From positions 11,263-75,262 of the forward strand of contig CAKUYZ010000003.1 in assembly GCA_934717675.1 (NCBI GenBank): a stretch of 64,000 nucleotides of DNA, in the 5' to 3' direction. The notes beneath the pieces were generated by a model. The model made no database searches. It saw only the letters and a program-made list of their open reading frames with translations, and was not told the DNA's origin. A program made the translations under genes and the position numbers. This document shows, one piece after another, positions 57,222 to 64,000 of the stretch. The first letter of the stretch is position 1. The number at the start of each line of letters is the position of its first letter. Origin of the DNA: an uncultured Bacteroidales bacterium. GTDB lineage: Bacteria; Bacteroidota; Bacteroidia; Bacteroidales; Marinilabiliaceae.

Positions 57222-57755
57222 ATGAAAGAGCTTATAATCTTCATCATAATAGCTGCGATATCATACATCTCGGAGCGCAACAAGGCGGCCAAGAACAAAA
57301 AACGCCAAGAGCAGGCCAACACCCCGCCTGTGGCGCAGCCCGACGCATGGGAGCAGATGGGCAAAGCCGTCACGGACACCATTGACCAAGATGCTGACAT
57401 GGACGGCACCGAGGAGATGCGTGAGCGGCAGCAGCGCAAGCGTGAGGAAATTTTGGCCCGCAAGGCAGAAGAGGAGCGCAAACGCGCGGAGGCCGAGGAG
57501 GCCCGGCGGGAGTTTGAGCGTCATAGGGCCGAGGAAAGCGTGGCCGCCAAAGAATGTGTGACAGAAAGGGTGGGAGAGAAACCCGCAAAGCCCAAACGAC
57601 GCAAGGCCGCAGCTCCAGCCTTGCCCGATGAGGGCGGGCGAAGCACCGCCGACACGCTGACAGACAGCCACGTGGCGCAGCAGGGAAACCTCACGCCAGA
57701 TGATTTGCGTAGAGCCGTGGTGCTAGATGCCATATTCCACCGCCCTTCTTTTTGA
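57222..57755 (+). CDS. Membrane-anchored, highly charged coiled-coil protein, unknown function
   Basis: 177 aa; N-terminal TM (LIIFIIIAAISYI), E/R/K-rich helix (RERQQRKREEILARKAEEERKRAEAEEARREFERHRAEE), conserved-looking tail LRRAVVLDAIFHRPSF. Confidence 0.55.
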   Translation: MKELIIFIIIAAISYISERNKAAKNKKRQEQANTPPVAQPDAWEQMGKAVTDTIDQDADMDGTEEMRERQQRKREEILARKAEEERKRAEAEEARREFERHRAEESVAAKECVTERVGEKPAKPKRRKAAAPALPDEGGRSTADTLTDSHVAQQGNLTPDDLRRAVVLDAIFHRPSF

Positions 57756-57816
57756 ACCTGAGCCGCGCCTTTGTCATAATTAACCATCGAGACAAGCGAT
57801 TAACGGCCGATTGAGT

Positions 57817-57824
57817 TATATTTG
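57817..57824 (+). promoter_or_regulatory. Putative -7 box upstream of the ABC transporter gene
   Basis: TATATTTG, 68 nt before ATG 57893. Confidence 0.4.
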
Positions 57825-57892
57825 GGGAACAAGAAAACACGGCCAGCACTATGAAACCTCCAGCAGGCTGGCGGCATCGATAAGTTATCTCA

Positions 57893-60800
57893 ATGAGTGA
57901 AGTACTATTAGAGGCTCTGATGCAGCTCTTTGCGCTCCTGACCGACGTCAAGCACGCCGTGGGTGCCACGGGGCGCGCCAAGGTGGGCGAATATCTCGCC
58001 CGCCAGTTCAATGCCGAATATGTCAATAAGTTCCTCAAACGCTACGACTACTACTTGGGCAAGTTCCACAGCCAGGCCGATTTGGCCGACGAGGGTGAGC
58101 GAAAGAGACAGGCGCAAGAGAACATCAGGCGGATGAAGAGCATCTGCGCCGACGTGAACTTGGAGATTGACCTGGAGGAGAAGATTCTACTGCTCTCCTC
58201 GATGCTCAACTACATTGCCAAGCCAGAGATAAGCTATGACGAGGAACGATTCGTTGACGCGTTGGCCGACCTGCTCCGCATCCCGCCTGGAGACTACTGG
58301 AACCTCAAGACGTTCACGCTCTTCTCCCCGTTTGACGTGGTGGACAAGAGCCGCCTCTTGCTCATCAACGGACGGCCGGAAAAGGCCCACCCAGACGTCA
58401 AGCACATATACATAAGCAAATTCGGCGTCAGCGTGTGGGTGCTGCACATCAAGTGTACCAACACCTTTGTCTTCCGCTATGACGGCGAGCGAAACCTCTA
58501 CCTCAGCGGCCATAAGCTAGACGCTGACAAGGTCTATCCCATGGCTCCGGGTGGGGTCATCAACACGTCGCACGTCCGCCCCGTGTACTATGGCCACATT
58601 GCCGAGAAGTTCATAACTAGACCAGACACGGGCCGCATCCTCTACCGCGCCGTGGACATTGAGTATAAGTTTTCAGAGACGGCCGTGGGCGTCCACCAGT
58701 TCAGCTTCCTGGGCAAGAGCGGCCAGCTGGTGGGCATCATGGGCGGGTCTGGCTCTGGCAAGAGCACGCTTATGAACCTTATGTGCGGAAAGCTCAAACT
58801 GAGCCACGGGCGCATAACCATCAACGGCTACGACCTCTATACTGACCACGACGCCCTGGAGGGCGTGATTGGCTACGTGCCGCAAGACGACATGCTCAAC
58901 GAGGAGCTGACAGTCTATGAGAACCTGTGGTTCAACGCGCGCCTGATCTTCAGCAACAAGAGCCGGCAAGAGAAAATGGCCCTCATCGAGAAGGCGCTCC
59001 AAGACTTCGACCTCGTCGAGGCCCGGGACCTCAAAGTGGGCAGCCCGCTCAATAAAGTGCTGAGCGGCGGGCAACGCAAACGCCTCAACATTGCGCTGGA
59101 GCTCATGCGCGAGCCCTCCATCCTCTTTGTTGACGAGCCTACGTCTGGCCTCTCCAGCTCCGACTCCGAAAAGGTCATGGCCCTGCTCAAAAGGCAGGTG
59201 CTGAAGGGCAAGCTGGTCATCATCAACATACACCAGCCCAACAGTGACATATACAAACTTCTTGACAAACTCCTCATAATAGACCAGGGCGGCTACATTG
59301 TCTACAATGGCAACCCGATGAACGCCATTGTCTATTTCAAGAAGAAGGCACACTACGTCAACCCCGAGGAGAGGGAGTGCTACCTCTGCGGCAACGTCAA
59401 GACGGAGCAGCCGCTCCGCATCATCGAGACGAGGATGGTGGATCCCTCCGGCAAGCTTATAAGGAAGCGCAAAGTGACGCCACAGGAGTGGTATAAGGCA
59501 TATCAAGACGAGTTTGAGGCCAGCTTCGACTGGAAAAACAAGAAGGCGACCATAAAGGAGAAACTGCCCGTCAACCTATACAGCATCCCCAGTCGGCGCA
59601 ACCAGTTCATAACATTTGTCTTGCGAGACGCCCTCAAGAAGCTCAAAGACACCCAATATATGCTCCTCAACATCCTTGAGGTGCCCATCCTTGCGCTGCT
59701 GCTGGCCCTGGCCACGCACTATGTTGACGAGAGCGGCGTCTACACCCTCTTCGCCAACTCCAACCAGCCAACCTACCTCTTCATGTGCGTCGTCGTGGCC
59801 ATCTTCGTGGGGCTCAACACGTCGGCCGAGGAGATGATAAAAGACCGCAAGCTGCTCATGCGAGAGCAGTTCCTCAACCTTAGCCGGACGTCATATCTCA
59901 GTGCCAAGATTGTCAACCTTTTCGCCATGTCGCTTGCCCAGACCCTCATGCTTGTGGGCATCGGCCACTCCATCATGGGCATCAGCACACACATGTGGCC
60001 CGTTCACGCCGCGGTGCTCTTCTCCACGTTCGCCTTCGCCATTGTCTTTGGCCTCAACATAAGCAGCGGCCTCAAGACGGCCGTCTCCATCTACATCTCC
60101 ATCCCGCTCGTCATCGTTCCGCAACTTGTCTTCAGTGGCACGATGGTAGATTTCTCGCGTCTGCACCCCGCCCTTGGCAACCGCGAGTATACGCCCGTCA
60201 TTGGCGACGTCATGGTCTCCCGATGGGCCTATGAGGCCTTGGCCGTAGACCAGTTTAAGAACAACCTCTACGAGGAGCATTTCTATGACGTGGAGGTGCG
60301 CCGCAGCCTGGCGTCTTACACGGCCGCCACGTGGTTGCCGGAGCTGGACAACCTCAACCGCCAGTGCGTCTCCAAGCCCGAGGGCGGCGCCCTGCTCCTC
60401 TCCGAGCTTGCGCGAGTGCAGCAAAAACTGGGCGCTCTTTTGCCAGACAGCCTGCGCCTGCCCGTGGCCTACACGCCTTCGGTCTCGCCCAAGGCGGCTG
60501 CCGCCATAGACTTCCTCAAAGGGCGTGCGCAGGCCATGTTCCTCAGGGCCAGCGCGCAGTCAGACAGCGTGGCGCAGGCCCTCGTGAAGAGCCTCGGCTC
60601 GCCCGACGCCTTGGCCGCGCTCAAGCATTCGTCTGTCAATGAGGCTCTCAGCCGCTTGGCGCAAGCAAAAGACAATTTTGAGCAGATAGCCGTCTACCCC
60701 GACAAATTGGTGCGCAAGAGGCAACCCATATATGACATGCCGGACAACCCCTACGGCCGCGCTCATCTCTATTCGCCCGCCAAGAGGCTCGGCTCGGTGC

Positions 60801-60958
60801 TCATCCCCACGCCGCTCTTCAACTGCGCGGTGATATGGCTCCTCGTAGGGCTGCTCTACGTCACGCTCTACTTCGACCTGCTGCGCCACCTTCTTGAGCA
60901 TTTCGAGAACTTGAAGAAACGCCGACTCGCCAAGAGGCTGGCCAAGCTCCGGATCTGA
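57893..60958 (+). CDS. Fused ABC transporter (N-terminal accessory module + ATPase + ABC-2-type permease)
   Basis: Walker A GGSGSGKST, signature LSGGQRKRLNIA, Walker B ILFVDEPTSGLS. Five to six C-terminal TM segments. About 250 aa precede the ATPase domain. Confidence 0.9.
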   Translation: MSEVLLEALMQLFALLTDVKHAVGATGRAKVGEYLARQFNAEYVNKFLKRYDYYLGKFHSQADLADEGERKRQAQENIRRMKSICADVNLEIDLEEKILLLSSMLNYIAKPEISYDEERFVDALADLLRIPPGDYWNLKTFTLFSPFDVVDKSRLLLINGRPEKAHPDVKHIYISKFGVSVWVLHIKCTNTFVFRYDGERNLYLSGHKLDADKVYPMAPGGVINTSHVRPVYYGHIAEKFITRPDTGRILYRAVDIEYKFSETAVGVHQFSFLGKSGQLVGIMGGSGSGKSTLMNLMCGKLKLSHGRITINGYDLYTDHDALEGVIGYVPQDDMLNEELTVYENLWFNARLIFSNKSRQEKMALIEKALQDFDLVEARDLKVGSPLNKVLSGGQRKRLNIALELMREPSILFVDEPTSGLSSSDSEKVMALLKRQVLKGKLVIINIHQPNSDIYKLLDKLLIIDQGGYIVYNGNPMNAIVYFKKKAHYVNPEERECYLCGNVKTEQPLRIIETRMVDPSGKLIRKRKVTPQEWYKAYQDEFEASFDWKNKKATIKEKLPVNLYSIPSRRNQFITFVLRDALKKLKDTQYMLLNILEVPILALLLALATHYVDESGVYTLFANSNQPTYLFMCVVVAIFVGLNTSAEEMIKDRKLLMREQFLNLSRTSYLSAKIVNLFAMSLAQTLMLVGIGHSIMGISTHMWPVHAAVLFSTFAFAIVFGLNISSGLKTAVSIYISIPLVIVPQLVFSGTMVDFSRLHPALGNREYTPVIGDVMVSRWAYEALAVDQFKNNLYEEHFYDVEVRRSLASYTAATWLPELDNLNRQCVSKPEGGALLLSELARVQQKLGALLPDSLRLPVAYTPSVSPKAAAAIDFLKGRAQAMFLRASAQSDSVAQALVKSLGSPDALAALKHSSVNEALSRLAQAKDNFEQIAVYPDKLVRKRQPIYDMPDNPYGRAHLYSPAKRLGSVLIPTPLFNCAVIWLLVGLLYVTLYFDLLRHLLEHFENLKKRRLAKRLAKLRI

Positions 60959-61004
60959 CGCGCTTGGCACGAAACGACTAACCTAACCTGAAAAACAAAT
61001 ATTT

Positions 61005-61826
61005 ATGGAAGAACTGAAGCAGATGGTCGAAGCCGCATGGGCCGACCGCTCCCTCCTGGCCAAAGACGAGGTGAGGCGCGGTATTGACTGTGTGGTGGAC
61101 CTGCTGGACAAAGGCTGGCTCCGCGTGGCCACTCCCGATGAGACTGGCTCCAACTGGACTGTCAATGAGTGGATTAAGAAAGCCATCATACTCTACTTCC
61201 CCATTCACGAGATGAAGACCGTGGAGTGCGACCCCTTTGAGTGGCATGACAAGGTGCCGCTCAAGCACGGCTATGCCGAGATGGGCGTCCGCGCCGTGCC
61301 GCACGCCGTGGCGCGTTTTGGCTCGTTCATTGAGAAAGGCGTCGTCATGATGCCCTCGTTCGTAAATATCGGCGCCTATGTGGGCAGCGGCACCATGGTG
61401 GACACGTGGGCCACCGTCGGCAGCTGCGCGCAGATTGGCCGCGGGGTCCACCTGAGCGGCGGCGTGGGCATCGGCGGCGTGTTGGAACCCGTGCAGGCCG
61501 CCCCGGTCATCATTGAAGACCATGCGTTCATAGGCTCCAGGTGCATCGTCGTCGAGGGGTGCCACATTGGCCGCGAGGCCGTCTTGGCCGCCGGATGCGT
61601 GCTGACGGGTTCCACCAAGATAATCGACGTCACAGGCCCCGAGCCTGTCATAACCAAGGGCTACGTCCCGCCGCGCTCAGTGGTAATCCCCGGCTCCTAC
61701 GTCAAGAAATTCCCTGCCGGCGAATACGCCACGGCGGCCACGCTCATCATTGGCCGGCGAAAAGAGTCTACCGACAAGAAGACCTCGCTCAACGAGTGCC
61801 TTAGAGACTACGACATCAACGCCTAG
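61005..61826 (+). CDS. dapD: 2,3,4,5-tetrahydropyridine-2,6-dicarboxylate N-succinyltransferase
   Basis: 273 aa; N-terminal helical domain plus hexapeptide-repeat LbH (GAYVGSGTMVDTWATVGSCAQIGRGVHLSGGVGIGGVLEP). Confidence 0.92.
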   Translation: MEELKQMVEAAWADRSLLAKDEVRRGIDCVVDLLDKGWLRVATPDETGSNWTVNEWIKKAIILYFPIHEMKTVECDPFEWHDKVPLKHGYAEMGVRAVPHAVARFGSFIEKGVVMMPSFVNIGAYVGSGTMVDTWATVGSCAQIGRGVHLSGGVGIGGVLEPVQAAPVIIEDHAFIGSRCIVVEGCHIGREAVLAAGCVLTGSTKIIDVTGPEPVITKGYVPPRSVVIPGSYVKKFPAGEYATAATLIIGRRKESTDKKTSLNECLRDYDINA

Positions 61827-61860
61827 CCGCCGCTCGCCGCGTCAGGCCAACGGCATACGG

Positions 61861-61896
61861 AGCGCGCCCGCCTCGGCGGGGCGCTTCTTTCGCTTT
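61861..61896 (+). terminator. Rho-independent terminator after dapD
   Basis: AGCGCGCCCGC pairs with GCGGGGCGCT (one bulge), followed by TCTTTCGCTTTTAT. Confidence 0.7.
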
Positions 61897-61968
61897 TATC
61901 ATAACATAATGGCCTCGCGCCTCGTAGAAAGTGGGCGTGGGGTCGACGCAAAAAACATATTGACACTC

Positions 61969-62547
61969 ATGAACAAGGAAGAGTATATGGCAGATTTGCG
62001 CCAGGCCGTCAAGACGCTCCGCGAGGGCGGCGTGATCCTCTATCCTACGGACACCGTCTGGGGGCTGGGCTGCGACGCCACAAACGCAGATGCCGTGGCC
62101 AAGGTCTACGCCATAAAGCAGAGGGCGGAGAGCAAGAGTATGCTTGTCTTGGTAGACTCGGCCGGTCGGGCTGGCGTCTACGTCAAGGAGATTCCCGACG
62201 TGGCGTATGACATGATGGATTTGGCCGACAAGCCGCTCACGCTCATTTTGGACGGGGCCAAAAACCTGGCGAGCAACCTCATCGCCGAGGACGGCTCGAT
62301 AGGCATAAGGGTGACCAGTGAGAAGTTTAGCAACGACCTGTGCCGCACCTTTGGCAAGGCCGTGGTCTCCACCTCGGCAAACATAAGCGGCCAGCCGGCC
62401 GCCGCCATCTTCTCCGAGGTCTCCACTGAGATACTCAACGCCGTGGACTATGCCGTCCTCTTCCGCCGAGAAGACACGGCCAAGGCCAAGCCCAGCAGCA
62501 TTGTCAAACTCAAGGCCGACGGGCAAGTGACGGTGATCCGCCCTTAG
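61969..62547 (+). CDS. tsaC: L-threonylcarbamoyladenylate synthase (TsaC/YrdC family)
   Basis: GGVILYPTDTVWGLGCDATN and STSANISGQP motifs. Start at ATG 61969 or 61987; the long track extension from 61750 overlaps dapD and its terminator. Confidence 0.88.
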   Translation: MNKEEYMADLRQAVKTLREGGVILYPTDTVWGLGCDATNADAVAKVYAIKQRAESKSMLVLVDSAGRAGVYVKEIPDVAYDMMDLADKPLTLILDGAKNLASNLIAEDGSIGIRVTSEKFSNDLCRTFGKAVVSTSANISGQPAAAIFSEVSTEILNAVDYAVLFRREDTAKAKPSSIVKLKADGQVTVIRP

Positions 62548-62596
62548 CCCCAACATCTCCAAACACACTGCGACACAACAACTAAGACAACAACAG

Positions 62597-63049
62597 ATGA
62601 TCAAGAAACAATATCCCATAGACGTGGAGAACTACCCGTTCAAGGTCAAGACAGACGTGCAGCTGCGCTTCAACGACCTCGACGGCTACGGACATGCCAA
62701 CAATGCCTCCATGCAGGCTTTTTTTGACATAGGCCGAGCCGCCTACATGAAGGAGTGCTGCGGCCCTGAATTCTATAAGGGCGACTCCACAATGCTCGTG
62801 GTGTCATACTCCACGGACTTCCTGCACCAGGTGCACCTCGAAGACGACATTGAGGTCCGCGTGGCCGTGCACCGCATCGGATACAAGAGCATAAGCATGA
62901 TAATGGCCATGGTCAACAAGAATACGGGAGCCATTTGCGCCGTGTCAGACTCCGTCATGTCTGGCTTCAGCAAGAGGACGCAGTCCAGCATTCCAATCTT
63001 GGAGAGGTGGAGAGAAAGAATTTCCCAAATTGAGGGCAAAGCGTTCTAA
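62597..63049 (+). CDS. Hotdog-fold acyl-CoA thioesterase (4HBT/YbgC-like)
   Basis: 150 aa; ...VQLRFNDLDGYGHANNASMQAFFD... is typical of 4HBT-type thioesterases. Confidence 0.8.
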   Translation: MIKKQYPIDVENYPFKVKTDVQLRFNDLDGYGHANNASMQAFFDIGRAAYMKECCGPEFYKGDSTMLVVSYSTDFLHQVHLEDDIEVRVAVHRIGYKSISMIMAMVNKNTGAICAVSDSVMSGFSKRTQSSIPILERWRERISQIEGKAF

Positions 63050-63090
63050 AACCGTCAAAAGGGGCTAAAAGAGTTATGTCTAGCACGGTC

Positions 63091-63117
63091 TAGCTTTCGT
63101 ATCTTTTTGTATCTTTG
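63091..63117 (+). promoter_or_regulatory. Three tandem TAnnTTTG-like boxes abutting the polyprenyl synthase start
   Basis: TAGCTTTC (63091-98), TATCTTTTTG (63100-09) and TATCTTTG (63110-17). The ATG is at 63121. Confidence 0.35.
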
Positions 63118-63120
63118 ATT

Positions 63121-64000
63121 ATGCTTTCTATTGAAAATATACTCTCAGACGTAGAGAAATGGCTCTCCGAGATAGACTACGGTCAGGAGCCGCGCAACCT
63201 CTACGACCCTGTCAGATACTCCATGTCACTTGGCGGCAAGAGGCTGCGACCGTCAATGTGCCTCGCCACATGCGCCCTCTTTAAGGACGATTACGGCCAG
63301 GCCAAGTGGCCCGCTATGGCCATTGAGGTGTTCCACAACTTCACCCTGCTCCATGACGACGTGATGGACAAGGCCTGCATCCGCAGGGGGCAGCCCACGG
63401 TGGTGGCCAAGTATGGCCTCAACACCGCCATATTGAGCGGAGACGCCATGCTCATTGAGGCATACCGCCTCCTCCAGCTCACTGACTCACCGTCTTTCTC
63501 GCTCATCTGCGACACTTTCAACCAGACGGCCCGCGAGGTCTGCCAAGGCCAGCAGCTGGACATCGACTTCGAGTCGCGCAATGACGTGACGGCCGCCGAA
63601 TATCTGGAGATGATTCGCCTCAAGACGGCCGTCCTCCTGGCCGCCTCGATGAAGATTGGAGCGCTCGTGGGTGGCGCGACGGCGGCAGACACCCAGGCTC
63701 TCTATGACTACGGAATCCTCCTTGGGCTGGCGTTCCAGCTTCAAGACGACCTGCTAGACAGCTTTGGAGACGCCGCCACTTTTGGCAAAGCCATTGGTGG
63801 CGACATTATGGAAAACAAAAAGACTTTCCTGCTCATCAACGCTTTGGACAACGCCGACGCGCAGCAGAAAAGAGAACTCCAAGCATGGATGGCAAACGCC
63901 GACGCTGTGAGGGAAGAGAAGGTGGCGGCTGTGAAAGACCTCTACGAGGTCACAGGGGCCAGGGGCCTCACGGAGCATAAGGTGGAGGAGCTCTTCTCAC
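63121..64000 (+). CDS. Polyprenyl diphosphate synthase (trans-isoprenyl diphosphate synthase), 3' end beyond the window
   Basis: ATG at 63121, open to the window end with no stop, which is why it is absent from the ORF track. Translation contains GGKRLRP and both Asp-rich motifs, LLHDDVMD and FQLQDDLLD. Confidence 0.9.
   Translation, partial: MLSIENILSDVEKWLSEIDYGQEPRNLYDPVRYSMSLGGKRLRPSMCLATCALFKDDYGQAKWPAMAIEVFHNFTLLHDDVMDKACIRRGQPTVVAKYGLNTAILSGDAMLIEAYRLLQLTDSPSFSLICDTFNQTAREVCQGQQLDIDFESRNDVTAAEYLEMIRLKTAVLLAASMKIGALVGGATAADTQALYDYGILLGLAFQLQDDLLDSFGDAATFGKAIGGDIMENKKTFLLINALDNADAQQKRELQAWMANADAVREEKVAAVKDLYEVTGARGLTEHKVEELFS

Noticed and set aside
57851-57883. A 10-codon upstream ORF (MKPPAGWRHR*) in the ABC transporter leader
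   Set aside because: There is no conservation information, and it is short enough to occur by chance. It is mentioned only in the ABC transporter finding.
1-64000. Search by eye for CRISPR arrays, tRNA/rRNA genes, IS elements, integrases, toxin-antitoxin pairs or defence-system signatures
   Set aside because: None were found. Every intergenic gap is 236 nt or shorter and is accounted for by promoters and terminators. Every long sense ORF has a housekeeping or envelope-type identity or is a lone hypothetical. A computational scan (tRNAscan, Infernal/Rfam, defence-system HMMs) is still needed to exclude small RNAs.

Overview
This is a dense, almost entirely housekeeping chromosomal segment from a GC-rich member of the Bacteroidota, most likely Bacteroidales. 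It holds about 60 protein-coding genes in three strand blocks: + 154-25243, - 25330-44695, + 44816-end. By eye there is no rRNA, tRNA, CRISPR array, transposase, integrase or prophage signal. Landmarks, in order: (1) the envelope block DUF6089-like/uppS/bamA plus three tandem OmpH (Skp) genes; (2) DUF4254 + GT9 glycosyltransferase, Zn-peptidase, greA, HIT; (3) topoisomerase IV parE/parC and efp; (4) GAF-PP2C phosphatase, pssA, a 900-aa unknown protein and serB; (5) a BspA-like LRR protein with a T9SS-type C-terminal tail, then dxs. On the minus strand: argF' (N-succinylornithine carbamoyltransferase type), murF, the F-ATPase operon atpBEFHAG headed by a bactofilin and a small membrane protein, proCBA, a PH-domain protein, pgi, gpsA, lysS, murI, a small secreted protein, a gamma-CA-like protein and a PolB-exo-like protein. 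Back on the plus strand: Dabb, mutL, two rhomboids, an EEP protein, a lipoprotein, a ProX/YbaK-like deacylase, a beta-barrel-like protein, a ComEA-type HhH protein, a Smr protein, carA, a 1021-aa ABC transporter, dapD, tsaC, a thioesterase and a truncated polyprenyl synthase. Lineage evidence is the TAnnTTTG -7 boxes upstream of several genes, the argF' type, the DUF6089-uppS-bamA-ompH synteny and the extended AtpB N-terminus. I see no convincing defence island or mobile element. The best candidates for undescribed biology are all inference: the translationally coupled beta-barrel-like + HhH envelope pair (51610-54545), the 900-aa membrane-anchored protein between pssA and serB, the terminator-containing greA leader, and the bactofilin-headed ATP synthase operon. 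The many long antisense ORFs in the track are GC-bias artefacts.
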